From a virus (Duplodnaviria; Caudoviricetes): 64,000 nt of DNA. The stretch lies in IMG/VR virus record IMGVR_UViG_3300029288_000067, positions 96,001 through 160,000 of that record; one strand, 5' to 3'. The position numbers and the translations under genes are program-made. How positions within the stretch are numbered: position 1 is the first letter of the stretch; each line of letters opens with the position of its first letter. Under the pieces are notes generated by a model. The model ran no database searches, was not told the DNA's origin, and saw nothing but the letters and a program-made list of their open reading frames with translations. Below are positions 9,471 through 19,268 of this stretch, one piece after another.

Positions 9471-9513
9471 ATAAAATAAAATAGGTGCCTGGGTATTAAC
9501 CCAGACACCTATT
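9471..9513 (-). terminator. intrinsic terminator
   Basis: Inverted repeat aataggtgcctgggt / acccagacacctatt followed by a T-rich run on the minus strand. Confidence 0.7.
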
Positions 9514-9538
9514 CGGAGGATATTATGAAATTAAGAGG

Positions 9539-9856
9539 TTATTCTTTGTAGTCAAACAACTTTATCGGGTGGTCTTCGGGGAAACGACTATCGGAGGTAT
9601 ATATGAAACTCCCACCGAAACAGAACCAGACATCTTCTGACCCGGGAAACAGTGGTTCACCCCGAGGGATCTGCTTTCCGAATTGTTCCACTGTGATCAA
9701 CTTTACAGCAGGACAATCCTTTGTCGGCTCCGAGATCTCAGGAATGCCTGCGCCAATCAGTGTAATTTCTTTTTTGTCATGAAGAATGCAACTTTTGGAA
9801 TGGTATGTCCCTCGGTAAATATCACAGCGAAGTCCCTTTTGAATTTTATTTTCCAT
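9539..9856 (-). CDS. hypothetical protein
   Basis: AAGGAG RBS after promoter copy 5; C-terminal FGGxFxYTSDSRF..PIxLxD pattern. Confidence 0.75.
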   Translation of the reverse strand: MENKIQKGLRCDIYRGTYHSKSCILHDKKEITLIGAGIPEISEPTKDCPAVKLITVEQFGKQIPRGEPLFPGSEDVWFCFGGSFIYTSDSRFPEDHPIKLFDYKE

Positions 9857-9892
9857 ATATCCACTCCTTGGGGTTTTTGTTCTTACAGGAAG

Positions 9893-9921
9893 ATATTACC
9901 GTGAGACCCATAAAACTTCAA
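9893..9921 (-). promoter_or_regulatory. sigma70-type early promoter, copy 5
   Basis: TTGAAG-N17-TAATAT; contains the upstream TGA stop. Confidence 0.85.
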
Positions 9922-10289
9922 ATGTTGAAGATGATGGCAAGATCTTCAAGAAAATTCAAGGTTTCCTCGTGGCTACCCTTCAATGTTAGAGCATTTTCAA
10001 TGATTCTCTCCATAGGCAATTTTCGAATTGCTTCCCGCAGATTTTTCACGGTAATCCCTGTCTCTTCCATGGCGTCTCGTTTGAACTTAAGATTCAAATT
10101 TCTTTGGGCGTCTGCTTTTGTTTTTTGATATTGTTTCCAGACCTCCATTTGTTTTTCATAATCGACCAAAGCAACCAAATGATTCTTTACCGCTTCGGCA
10201 TTCAGCATTCCCTTTTCAGTGAGGAAAGGAGCTTTTGGTTTTGCCATGTAAGGCATATCATTTTCTGCAGAATAATTTTCAAGATTCAT
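9918..10289 (-). CDS. hypothetical protein
   Basis: 123-aa ORF with AAGGA RBS. Confidence 0.7.
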   Translation of the reverse strand: MNLENYSAENDMPYMAKPKAPFLTEKGMLNAEAVKNHLVALVDYEKQMEVWKQYQKTKADAQRNLNLKFKRDAMEETGITVKNLREAIRKLPMERIIENALTLKGSHEETLNFLEDLAIIFNI

Positions 10290-10313
10290 AAATTTTTCCT
10301 TTCTGTATTTAAA

Positions 10314-10475
10314 TTACCAACCATTCTTGCGAAGAAGAAAAGTTTCAATACTCACCACAACAACCGACAACAGGATTACTGGGAGATACACCGTGGGATT
10401 GCAGAAGTAACAGACACCAACAGAGAGAGTTGTCCAGAGAAAGGCATCCAATTTGTAAGCATCTCGGGGGGTCAT
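10314..10475 (-). CDS. small (53 aa) membrane protein, absent from the ORF track
   Basis: MTPRDAYKLDAFLWTTLSVGVCYFCNPTVYLPVILLSVVVVSIETFLLRKNGW*; AGGAG RBS directly after promoter copy 6. Confidence 0.65.
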   Translation of the reverse strand: MTPRDAYKLDAFLWTTLSVGVCYFCNPTVYLPVILLSVVVVSIETFLLRKNGW

Positions 10476-10509
10476 GTATTTTCTCCTGTATGTTTTTTCT
10501 TACAAGGAT

Positions 10510-10538
10510 ATATTACCGCGAGGGGTATAAAACTTCAA
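10510..10538 (-). promoter_or_regulatory. sigma70-type early promoter, copy 6
   Basis: TTGAAG-N17-TAATAT. Confidence 0.85.
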
Positions 10539-10545
10539 ATCTTTT

Positions 10546-11211
10546 TTACGACCAAACCGTAACCGTTGGAGTAATTTGTGCCTGCTCGATTACATGGGTT
10601 CTATTAACAAAATCTCGGAGACGAAAATCAATCTCCCCAATTAATTTTGCACTCACATCGGACATACAAATAAATTCCCCGGTGATTTGCACAACACCAT
10701 CCACAAAATTGTAAAGGTTATCCTGTTTGTTGTATCCCGCAGAGGTTAATCCTTCGAAAGGCCAAATAACCTGATAATCAAAAGTTCCAACCTCTTGCCA
10801 AGAAAGAGTAACATTCTTGATATCATTTATTGCAGCTTGCGCCAAGAACATTACTTCAAATGTCTTGGAAGCAACGATATCTGTTGTATACCATCTCCAA
10901 TTAACTTCAAAACTACAATATCTTGTCTTAAATTGGCTTGCGGCTAAATTTGGAATATCTTTTTGAATTGCCGGTTGGAATCTTACCATCTCAAAAGGCT
11001 TCAAAACACCCATATTAAATGTAAACAGGGGGAACACAGATTGTTTTGTTATATCAAAAGCAGAACGAACAGATCTAACTCCCCGAATAGATTCCTCGTA
11101 CGTGAGCGTTGGATCAAATTTGAAGTTTGCTTTTGGATACATTACTTGTATCTTATTCAAGACTTCATTCATGATCAAAGGAATAGGAGTTAAAACAGTC
11201 CAGTTTGCCAT
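10546..11211 (-). CDS. putative tail completion/terminator protein
   Basis: Size, beta-rich composition and position between neck genes and sheath; positional inference only. Confidence 0.45.
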   Translation of the reverse strand: MANWTVLTPIPLIMNEVLNKIQVMYPKANFKFDPTLTYEESIRGVRSVRSAFDITKQSVFPLFTFNMGVLKPFEMVRFQPAIQKDIPNLAASQFKTRYCSFEVNWRWYTTDIVASKTFEVMFLAQAAINDIKNVTLSWQEVGTFDYQVIWPFEGLTSAGYNKQDNLYNFVDGVVQITGEFICMSDVSAKLIGEIDFRLRDFVNRTHVIEQAQITPTVTVWS

Positions 11212-11255
11212 ATTATCCCTCTTGTCAATTGCTTATTCCATCACTTGATAACAAC

Positions 11256-11546
11256 CTAGAAAAATCCATTCTGATCCACCCGTAGATTTATCTTCTTTTC
11301 CAACAAAGGTTCAATCCATTGGTGAATATAATCGGCACTCCAAACATAATAATTATCCAATTCATCTCGTGTGCTTCTTGTGTTGGGTGTTCCCGGGGGC
11401 GCAAAGGGATATTCTTCCCGAAAAGCTTTCTTCAATTCCCAATAATCTTCCGGGGTGGGGTTCTTGAAAACTTTTACTCGTCGCCCATTCCCCAGAACTA
11501 ATTCAAAGACACTATTTTCTTTCAGAGAAGAATATTTTTTAACCAT
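11256..11546 (-). CDS. MIxKYSxL-motif protein (VFKNP domain)
   Basis: Start re-called to ATG 11546, giving MVKKYSSL. Confidence 0.75.
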   Translation of the reverse strand: MVKKYSSLKENSVFELVLGNGRRVKVFKNPTPEDYWELKKAFREEYPFAPPGTPNTRSTRDELDNYYVWSADYIHQWIEPLLEKKINLRVDQNGFF

Positions 11547-12129
11547 ATATGAATTCATCGTTTTCAACCAATTTCATTTTGTGGAAAGCAAACCATATTT
11601 TCACTTCTTTCAAACATTCTTCTCTGTGACCACCAACTAATTCCGCCCCTTGGAAACGATGCAAAACTTCTTCGGAAATATCCGGAACAATCAAGGGGTC
11701 TCCGTCAATAAATCCATGTGAATTTAACTCATCTATCTCCTCTTCGGAAAGGAATGTTCCCCAATCTTCTTCAGGAATATCCCGGGAATCCGTTAAATCA
11801 TTATCCACCATATGTCGGAGGGTTTTAAGGATAACGCTATCATCGATTCCCGTATCCATCCATGCTCTGAAAAAAGCATAGCCCTTATCAATAAACTCTA
11901 TTTGATTTAGATTTTCCTCTTCTAACCCATTCTCCAACAGCCAATAGGTTAATTCGGTCTCCGAAGACATTCCCAAGGATTCCCCATTATATAGATATAA
12001 AACATTGTTTTTGGTCTTCAAATACTCTACAAAATCCTCTATGCTGAAATCGATGTTTTTTTGATACTCGGGTTGAATATCCACAACAATCAATTTACCC
12101 TTCGATAAAGCAGAATATTTTTTAATCAT
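11539..12129 (-). CDS. MIxKYSxL-motif protein, isochorismatase/cysteine-hydrolase-like
   Basis: MIKKYSAL; LIVVDIQPEY, IDKGY, VGGxxxECL. Confidence 0.6.
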   Translation of the reverse strand: MIKKYSALSKGKLIVVDIQPEYQKNIDFSIEDFVEYLKTKNNVLYLYNGESLGMSSETELTYWLLENGLEEENLNQIEFIDKGYAFFRAWMDTGIDDSVILKTLRHMVDNDLTDSRDIPEEDWGTFLSEEEIDELNSHGFIDGDPLIVPDISEEVLHRFQGAELVGGHREECLKEVKIWFAFHKMKLVENDEFIYG

Positions 12130-13022
12130 GCGGCAGATCCTTTTGTTACCAATTCTAATTTTTTCTGCATCTTTTTGATTCTACCCTCTAGTTTTTGTTG
12201 GATATACTGTGATGGGATTTTATCCGAATTCCAGCCCATTTTTCTTACTTCTTCTTGTTTCCAGAATCTTTTTGCTTTTTCTTGAATATCGTTCGGGAAA
12301 AAAGACAAAGGATATTGTTGCGCGGGGCTCGGTAATTCCGGCAATCGTTTATCCACTTTATGTTGTTCCCGGAATTTTACTCCGGAATAATCAAATTCGG
12401 TAAATTTAAACTCGGGATCATATACAACGGAAATTCTTTCCGGGAAGGAGAGTTGATTCACCTTTTCCACATCCGCCTTATATTTTCCCAAGATGGTATC
12501 CATCTTCAGTTTTTCCACAAGAAGTCTTGCAAGGGATTTAGAAGTATTTCCAACACTCTTCACAAGATCTTTTTCATCTTTTGTTACGAGACCTAAGAGA
12601 ATAGGGATGGTTTCTGCAGATACTGCTTTTGTTGCCCCATCGGGGAGTTGCACAACAAACTCATGAACAATCAATCTCCCCGTTTCATCATTCAAAGATG
12701 GATTATCCCAATCCGATACCCGCTTTTCAATTGTTCCTTCAAGATCATCCTCTGCCAATTCCCACTTGTATTGCCATTTATACGAGAGTAATTTTGCTCC
12801 GGAGGGTCCTGTAATTGGTGGGTTGAAAACAATAGTTTCCACAGGTCTTCCCCGGCCCACTTCCAAATTGGAGTATTTTTGTATTTCCATAGAAGAGATA
12901 TTACCCTCTGCCCCCAAGAAGTTCAAAGTAGATTCCTTTTTTGAGCTTTCTTCCGGAGTAGGCTTAGGAATAAAATTTGGATTAGAGAACCATTCGGCGA
13001 GGTTTGAAAATTTTCGGATCAT
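12126..13022 (-). CDS. MIxKYSxL-motif protein
   Basis: MIRKFSNL at the start and a second copy MEIQKYSNL at 12890. Confidence 0.75.
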   Translation of the reverse strand: MIRKFSNLAEWFSNPNFIPKPTPEESSKKESTLNFLGAEGNISSMEIQKYSNLEVGRGRPVETIVFNPPITGPSGAKLLSYKWQYKWELAEDDLEGTIEKRVSDWDNPSLNDETGRLIVHEFVVQLPDGATKAVSAETIPILLGLVTKDEKDLVKSVGNTSKSLARLLVEKLKMDTILGKYKADVEKVNQLSFPERISVVYDPEFKFTEFDYSGVKFREQHKVDKRLPELPSPAQQYPLSFFPNDIQEKAKRFWKQEEVRKMGWNSDKIPSQYIQQKLEGRIKKMQKKLELVTKGSAA

Positions 13023-13765
13023 TTATTAAAAACCTGCCCATCGATCAAAGATGCTTTAAACTTCTCGTATTCTTCCAGGGTAATCTTGAACATCTTCAGC
13101 CCTTTTGTTGTTCTTACTTTTGGGTAGGGGGCAAGATCGGGATGCGTGGAATACCCAATGTTCAATTCAATCCAATCTTCTGCAAAAAGAAATGTTTTTG
13201 CAAAATATCTCAAATCGGGAAATTGAGATCCATAATTTTTATCCAACACAACAATGGAGCAAGTATTATCCATTCTCTTACGCAGGAAAACAAGCCTCTC
13301 GGATACTTTTTTTAAATTATGCTCCAATGCTTCTGTATTTAATTCTTCCGACAAGGGGACATTTAATCCCAGTCCTTTTATCCTTTGTATTTCAGCTTTG
13401 AAATTAGAACCATGCCCACCCCTATCTCCGGTATCCTTCCATATTTCCCGAGAAAACAAAAGAATATGGATCATTTCATGAACCATGATGCGGGTCAAAA
13501 GCTCAAGATCAAATTTGTAATTTTTACTGATCTCAATTTCTTTTGGGGTCATTTTCTCTATTGAAACATTTCGGATCTTCCACCAAACAGAAGCTCTTGC
13601 AATTCCCAATTGTTTACTACTTCGGGCAATACCTACAGGGACCTTCGGCACAGTATTATTGAAATATTTTGCATTCATTTCATCGAAAAAAACATTCAAA
13701 TCAAATGTTTGAATATTTATCAAATCCCCGTATTCTTTTGCAAGATGTGAGTATCGTAGGATCAT
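13019..13765 (-). CDS. MIxKYSxL-motif protein, SprT-like zinc metalloprotease
   Basis: MILRYSHL; FxxMNxxYF, HEMIH zincin motif, GHGxxF. Confidence 0.8.
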   Translation of the reverse strand: MILRYSHLAKEYGDLINIQTFDLNVFFDEMNAKYFNNTVPKVPVGIARSSKQLGIARASVWWKIRNVSIEKMTPKEIEISKNYKFDLELLTRIMVHEMIHILLFSREIWKDTGDRGGHGSNFKAEIQRIKGLGLNVPLSEELNTEALEHNLKKVSERLVFLRKRMDNTCSIVVLDKNYGSQFPDLRYFAKTFLFAEDWIELNIGYSTHPDLAPYPKVRTTKGLKMFKITLEEYEKFKASLIDGQVFNK

Positions 13766-13769
13766 ATCG

Positions 13770-14075
13770 TCAATTCTTTGACACCTTAAACTTTACGATC
13801 TTTCCAGAAGAATCTGTAATTGCAACGATAAGACCCTCGCTCAGAGCATCTTTTCCCACAAATCCATTGAGGAGGCCCAAGACACCCAATCTATCTTTTT
13901 CATTAACTGTTACTGTAGGGTGGTGTATAATTCCACTATTGCAAGAAACATGATATGCAAATAAGCGTTGGATTGCTTGAGAATCAATGGAAAGTAACTT
14001 ATTCAACTCATTGACAATAAATGTTGCAAGGGTTACATTTTTTGCTGCAATATTTAATTTAGAAATCTTATTCAT
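13770..14075 (-). CDS. hypothetical protein
   Basis: 101-aa ORF; N-terminus MNKISKLNIAA is a motif variant. Confidence 0.7.
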   Translation of the reverse strand: MNKISKLNIAAKNVTLATFIVNELNKLLSIDSQAIQRLFAYHVSCNSGIIHHPTVTVNEKDRLGVLGLLNGFVGKDALSEGLIVAITDSSGKIVKFKVSKN

Positions 14076-14583
14076 CTAAGCTATCTCCAAGGTTATTGTA
14101 TTCAAATGTTTTATAAACGGAGTCCGTTAGGCCCCACTGCATGATTTGCCCAACGACTCCCCGTTTAATTGTCCCATCGTCTGATTTTATCTCAATCAAG
14201 TCTTGTGGCACCAAATCATCCATTGTATACAGGATCTGTTTTTCGAGCATTCCAGTAGAAGCAGCATCGAAAGGAGAATTGGGGATTTTTGTGATAACAA
14301 TTCTTGCACAAAATGAGATGTTGCCTTCTACATCAATCAATTCTTTTATTGGCTCATGCTTCCCCGGGGAAACACCGCTGAAATCCCCGAAGACAGAAAG
14401 AGCCGCATCAGATAGATCTTGTGCGTCTGTTGTCGGGTTATTTTCCGAGGCAGATGGAATCAATTTCTTTCGAAAGACTGTAACAGAAATCCCCCGATGT
14501 TTCAATTGTGCCTTTATTACTTTATTGGCAAATTTTTCTCGGAAGAGTCTTTCGTACTGTTGCAGTCTACTAATTTTTTCCAT
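14068..14583 (-). CDS. putative neck/head-closure protein
   Basis: Position in the virion operon and beta-rich C-half; inference. Confidence 0.4.
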   Translation of the reverse strand: MEKISRLQQYERLFREKFANKVIKAQLKHRGISVTVFRKKLIPSASENNPTTDAQDLSDAALSVFGDFSGVSPGKHEPIKELIDVEGNISFCARIVITKIPNSPFDAASTGMLEKQILYTMDDLVPQDLIEIKSDDGTIKRGVVGQIMQWGLTDSVYKTFEYNNLGDSLDE

Positions 14584-14585
14584 TA

Positions 14586-14846
14586 TTACAACTTAAATCC
14601 AATATAAACAGAATCAGGAGTTGCTTCCTTAATCTTTTTCCCAAGTATAATTTTTGCAGGACCTTTTATTGAAATCTTTTGTGCAATTGCAAATTCTTTG
14701 CCTTCTTTTTCAAACTCCAAGATAGATTGCAAAGATAAAATATCTCCAATTTCTCTGCAATAATATTCAGAGACTTTTGTTGCAAGATCATTCACAAACA
14801 TTTTATTCCAGGGATTTGAAATTGCTATCACATGAAGTTTACGCAT
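14586..14846 (-). CDS. hypothetical protein
   Basis: ORF in tight operon packing. Confidence 0.6.
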   Translation of the reverse strand: MRKLHVIAISNPWNKMFVNDLATKVSEYYCREIGDILSLQSILEFEKEGKEFAIAQKISIKGPAKIILGKKIKEATPDSVYIGFKL

Positions 14847-14848
14847 AA

Positions 14849-15352
14849 TTACCTCAATCGAATTCTGGAGTTGAAAACTTGAATAAATGGACTATTCCCG
14901 TAAAGAAAATTGAGTGTCCCAGTGTTGGGAATACCAATAATAAACTTTTGAGATGTTTTCTTCAATCGTTCTGCTTTTGCATCGAACTCTTCCAATAGAG
15001 CCCGGTACAAATCTTTGTAGTCCCCTAATTTAGAGGGGAGATTTAATTCTCCGATTGTTGCATCAAATCCATTTTGTGTCCACAGATGTACAAGCATACG
15101 GATAACATTTTTTGCGGCTCCAAGATACAGGAGAGATTTCCAACGAGTATCCGGGGTGTCGTAGATGGTAACAACCGAAAGAAATGTTTGTGGGGCAAAA
15201 GAATTGATATCATCGGCAGCATCGTAAATAGCTGCAGCAATATCATCCTTATCTGGGATATAATCCAAAATATTATCTGCAAGGGTGAAATGCCAGCGAC
15301 TCTCAACACCCTCTACTATTTTTTGGATTGCCACATTCGGAGGTGTGGACAT
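14849..15352 (-). CDS. putative head-tail adaptor protein
   Basis: Helical pattern DxDIxxAIxxAxxDIN..P typical of adaptor proteins; position. Confidence 0.5.
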   Translation of the reverse strand: MSTPPNVAIQKIVEGVESRWHFTLADNILDYIPDKDDIAAAIYDAADDINSFAPQTFLSVVTIYDTPDTRWKSLLYLGAAKNVIRMLVHLWTQNGFDATIGELNLPSKLGDYKDLYRALLEEFDAKAERLKKTSQKFIIGIPNTGTLNFLYGNSPFIQVFNSRIRLR

Positions 15353-15404
15353 TGTTTTCTCCCTTACGAAAGTTTTTCAATATCTGTCTATTTCAATACA
15401 TTCG

Positions 15405-15436
15405 TAAAAGAAACCCCGGGCATTTCTACCCGGGGC
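15405..15436 (-). terminator. intrinsic terminator
   Basis: ccccggg/cccgggg stem followed by TTTCTTTT on the minus strand. Confidence 0.7.
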
Positions 15437-15445
15437 TGGTTTATC

Positions 15446-15853
15446 TCAAATCTTTCTCTTAGGGGGTCTTCCTCTTGGATCTGTTCCAGGAAGATTGGGG
15501 GTCATATCGTATTCTGCCCGCTCTTTTGCAATTGCTTCATCCACAACTTTCATGGGGGTTTCCAAACGCATATCCTTCAAGTCTTCCATCTTTTGTTCCA
15601 TTGGGATTTTCCCGGGGTTTGTATAAATAGAGTCAACAAAAGTCATCATGAGGTGTTTTTTGCCCGAGGTAAGGGGTCTATATTGATTACCTTTAATTGT
15701 TTCCCAATAGGTCTCCCCAAACAAATCCCAGCTTCCAGTCAAATCATCATCATTGGCATCCATAGCATAAAAATCAATGTTATGCCTATTCTTAAATTCT
15801 TCCCATGTCTTGGAGAAAATAGCAGTTTTCTTTATACTAAGTTTCTTAATCAT
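15446..15853 (-). CDS. hypothetical protein with motif variant MIKKLSIKKTA and a C-terminal AT-hook-like PRGRPPK
   Basis: ORF sequence. Confidence 0.7.
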   Translation of the reverse strand: MIKKLSIKKTAIFSKTWEEFKNRHNIDFYAMDANDDDLTGSWDLFGETYWETIKGNQYRPLTSGKKHLMMTFVDSIYTNPGKIPMEQKMEDLKDMRLETPMKVVDEAIAKERAEYDMTPNLPGTDPRGRPPKRKI

Positions 15854-15870
15854 ACTTTTACTGTTCCTTT

Positions 15871-17307
15871 TCAGATGTTTTCGAGAGCAGCTTTGAGGTG
15901 TTCATTAAAATTATCATCCTCAACAGTTGCATTATTATACGCAGAATTTGTTAGGTGCTTAATCTCTCTCTCGGAAATCTTTTGGTCCTCGGATTGAATT
16001 AACTCTTCCCCGCTTTGCATAATTCTTTTCATCTCTCTATCATCGATGCGGATAAAGTTGTACCATTTTGTTGTTAATTCCTTTGGGAAAATATAAAAAT
16101 ACCCTGAAGGATACCACTGGGAAAAATCAAAGCCATAGTGGGATTGAAAAGCATCTCTTACATTACTCAACAAATCAACACTAATTGCATCGTTATTTGC
16201 CCATGAATATGCTTGTTCTATTACATTCTCAAAATTAAAAACATCCACGGAATCACTGAGGGCATCAAGAACGTCAATAACTTCCGAAGTATCATCAAGT
16301 GCTGCCCATTCTTCCGGAAATTGTTTTTGAAGAGCATCAAAAATTATCTTTTTATTCTGCTCAGAAATAAAAATATATCTTTTAACAATATCTTTGATAT
16401 CACTGTAAGACGGACTACTACTTAGTTCTTCGGTCCCATCCAAGAACTCATCCAGTCTATCCCCTTCAATAGATTTCTGGAATAAATAAGATGCTTTATC
16501 CAATTGAAAAGCAAAACGACCATTTTCATCCCCAAACTTTGCCAACAATTCCGAAATCTTTTGTGGAGGAAGATATTTGTTGGAAAAAAATGTGTTTATC
16601 TCCGGATATAATTTCAAAAAGGACTCAAAATCAATCGGGTCATCATCTTCATTCATAAATTGTTGTGCTTCGAAATGAAATTGAAACTGTATAACGATAC
16701 GTTCATGTTTTTTCAACAAAATCCACAATGTCCCCGATTTAGTATATTGTGCGAAATTATCGGGATATTGAGTACACCATCGAGTCCCTCTTGCATAAAA
16801 TTGGGATGCTTCCAAAGTCTTCGGGGAAACAATCTTCCACTTTTCATCCTCGTATTCAAGAGTAGCCTGTTTTGTTTGTATGTAATAATCATTGGTCAAC
16901 AAAACCATAGGATCTTCGTCCACATCTTCCACCTTCGGGGCAACAAGGGTCTTCTGTTGTTGTACAAAGTGAAATAGCTCCGAGGGGTTTTTAAATTGAT
17001 TGATGTCTGCAGATTTGTTACTATTACGAAGGCTTGGGATAATTTGGTTGAATGTGGATAAATCTTCTGTGATTTTGTACAAATCTTCCAGCTTCAATTT
17101 TCCCTGTTGATACATCCGTAAAATCCATTGACCATATCGCCCTATTTTTCTCGGTGCTTCTGTGTTCTGTTTTTGTATCTCTGGATCAGCAGAAACCAAT
17201 CGATTGAAAATATCCCGGGGAATATCCGAATAGTATTTTGTGTATGCTTCTTCAATCCCGGCAGTCACCAGAAAGGATTCCACTTTTAAAACAGAGAAAT
17301 GCTTCAT
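15871..17307 (-). CDS. GTxWCT-motif protein (PcfJ-like), paralog of 34387-35721 and 38370-39842
   Basis: Shared ADP..W, LED, DINQF, GTRWCT, QF...QFMxxxD blocks; starts MKHFSVL. Confidence 0.7.
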   Translation of the reverse strand: MKHFSVLKVESFLVTAGIEEAYTKYYSDIPRDIFNRLVSADPEIQKQNTEAPRKIGRYGQWILRMYQQGKLKLEDLYKITEDLSTFNQIIPSLRNSNKSADINQFKNPSELFHFVQQQKTLVAPKVEDVDEDPMVLLTNDYYIQTKQATLEYEDEKWKIVSPKTLEASQFYARGTRWCTQYPDNFAQYTKSGTLWILLKKHERIVIQFQFHFEAQQFMNEDDDPIDFESFLKLYPEINTFFSNKYLPPQKISELLAKFGDENGRFAFQLDKASYLFQKSIEGDRLDEFLDGTEELSSSPSYSDIKDIVKRYIFISEQNKKIIFDALQKQFPEEWAALDDTSEVIDVLDALSDSVDVFNFENVIEQAYSWANNDAISVDLLSNVRDAFQSHYGFDFSQWYPSGYFYIFPKELTTKWYNFIRIDDREMKRIMQSGEELIQSEDQKISEREIKHLTNSAYNNATVEDDNFNEHLKAALENI

Positions 17308-18029
17308 ACCCGCAAAATTTCCTTTGTAATAATAGAATCTACCGGGTGTATATCTATTTTATCGTATGCAGAGGGGAGTTCTGAAATAATAACCCCGTAT
17401 TTTTCCAAAACCTCTTCACAATTATTAAGAGACAATGAGGAAATTATATCCTTTATTTCTTCTTCGGAGACACCAACACGAGAAAGATAATCTGCAATTG
17501 CAGGGGCAATATCTTCCTCAACAGACGCCATTTTCAATTGTGTTGAAGCCAACTTGAACCGTTGCAATAGTTTCTCGAAAGATGTCTTATCGAGGTATTT
17601 GTATACTCGGATCAAATGTTTGCAAAGATACCTATTACTATCCGGATCCCGAATTACCGGGGGCCTATTTTCCACATTCCCGTCAATATGGTAACCAAAC
17701 TGAGAGGCATAAAAAGCGGAGCCATAATACAAAAATGCAGGGCAGCTACATTTCAACAACACTTCTTCTTTTACGGGGACATGCCAATTTTGATCAATAA
17801 GCTTAAAAGTGACATCCGGAAAAATTACAGAAGCAATGTGGCCTTTGGGGTTAGAATAAGACTCCAAACATCGAACAACAAAAGAAAAACGACGAAGATT
17901 TTTCCGTGATTTAATCCCAAGGATATTTCCATTTTCGGCTTTGTCCTTGGGCTTTTTTGAAGTCAGACGGTAAAGGGTTTCAAAATTCATTACCAATCCA
18001 TTTATTTGAAACCTCCCCGCTTTTAACAC
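17304..18029 (-). CDS. SWIM zinc-finger protein
   Basis: CSCPAF...CKH. Confidence 0.75.
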   Translation of the reverse strand: MLKAGRFQINGLVMNFETLYRLTSKKPKDKAENGNILGIKSRKNLRRFSFVVRCLESYSNPKGHIASVIFPDVTFKLIDQNWHVPVKEEVLLKCSCPAFLYYGSAFYASQFGYHIDGNVENRPPVIRDPDSNRYLCKHLIRVYKYLDKTSFEKLLQRFKLASTQLKMASVEEDIAPAIADYLSRVGVSEEEIKDIISSLSLNNCEEVLEKYGVIISELPSAYDKIDIHPVDSIITKEILRV

Positions 18030-18048
18030 AGGGAGGTTTCAAAATTAC

Positions 18049-18372
18049 TTACATTTTAGATGCTCTTCCACGCTTTGGTGCTGGTTGTTCAATCTTTGTT
18101 TCTACGAGGGGGATAACTTCCATATCCTTTTTATCTTCGCCCTCAATTGCTTTCTTCAACTCTTCCTGCGTGTTAACTTCCACTGCTTTTGGGGGCTGTG
18201 GAGTTTCATCTTTCTTTACTTCATTTTTGACATTCTTCTTTGTTTCAAGAATAAAACCTTTTTCGATCAATCCCTTTTTAAGGGTTGGGTTATCTACAAA
18301 AAGGGAATCGGGGATATCCTGCCCGGGCAAATAGGTCTTATTATTGATGCTCAAGGGATTTACAACCTTCAT
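18049..18372 (-). CDS. hypothetical protein (possibly virion-associated)
   Basis: AGGAG RBS; low-complexity K/E/P tail. Confidence 0.65.
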   Translation of the reverse strand: MKVVNPLSINNKTYLPGQDIPDSLFVDNPTLKKGLIEKGFILETKKNVKNEVKKDETPQPPKAVEVNTQEELKKAIEGEDKKDMEVIPLVETKIEQPAPKRGRASKM

Positions 18373-18433
18373 ACGTACTGGCTCCTACATAATAAAAATA
18401 TTATTCTCTTCACAAAAAGAAAGAGAATATCAC

Positions 18434-19027
18434 TTACTTACTAATAGAGATCTCACATTCCAGGCAATTCCAATGTTCTTTGTCTTCTTCCAGGGGTTTA
18501 TAGCAATTTGGGCAAATTGGAACTTTTCCGAAATATTGCAATTTCTCTTCCCGGGCGACTCGTCTTGTGATTGAAGCAATAAACCCCCAGTTGGGGTTAT
18601 GTTCCTCTCTCCACGGGGCCGGGACCTTTACTTTTGCAACACCCCATTTCCTCAATCCATTTTCTTTTACATCAATCTCCATCAAACCACATTCAATAGG
18701 AATTTCTTCCGGCTTTATCAATCCTACAGGGGCAGCAAAATAAAATTGATTGCTGAAAATTAAGGCTTGTCTTCTTTTCAGAGGATTTTTCATCTCTTTC
18801 AAGAAATCCCCTCTGTTTACTTTTATCTCAAAGGCAATCTTTGCATAATGGTCACATGGGAATAAAGAAAAAACAAAGAAATCTATTCTTTGTTCTGTTG
18901 CTCCTTTTCCTTCCCCGGGGAGATTGTATCCCGTACCAATCCTCAATTCAGGAAAACATGCATATCGTTCCCGTCTGCTATTGATGTACTTGCACCGTAA
19001 AACCTCTGTTATCTCTTTACTGGTCAT
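18434..19027 (-). CDS. MmcB-like PD-(D/E)XK nuclease
   Basis: RIDF, FEIKVNRGDF, NQFYFAAP, IPxxCGL; start re-called to ATG 19027. Confidence 0.8.
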   Translation of the reverse strand: MTSKEITEVLRCKYINSRRERYACFPELRIGTGYNLPGEGKGATEQRIDFFVFSLFPCDHYAKIAFEIKVNRGDFLKEMKNPLKRRQALIFSNQFYFAAPVGLIKPEEIPIECGLMEIDVKENGLRKWGVAKVKVPAPWREEHNPNWGFIASITRRVAREEKLQYFGKVPICPNCYKPLEEDKEHWNCLECEISISK

Positions 19028-19268
19028 GTTTGCCCCTATCCAAAAGAAATTGTTTGTAGGAGTATATCTTAGCCCCTTGTTGGATTGCAAGTAAATATTT
19101 GGATTTTCGCAAATCATAATGGGGATGAATTGGATGATCTTGGAACCATGCTAATTTCATCCCTATTTTTTCTGCAAAAACATGAAGCTCACATGTAGTA
19201 TCTGCCCACATGTGAGCCCAATATCCTTCACTTTTTCCGTAAAATGTTAATTTATCAACGTACACCAT
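19017..19268 (-). CDS. DUF4031-like protein
   Basis: VYVD, HMxAD..ELHxFAxxIG, WFQ, HYDL. Confidence 0.8.
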   Translation of the reverse strand: MVYVDKLTFYGKSEGYWAHMWADTTCELHVFAEKIGMKLAWFQDHPIHPHYDLRKSKYLLAIQQGAKIYSYKQFLLDRGKHDQ

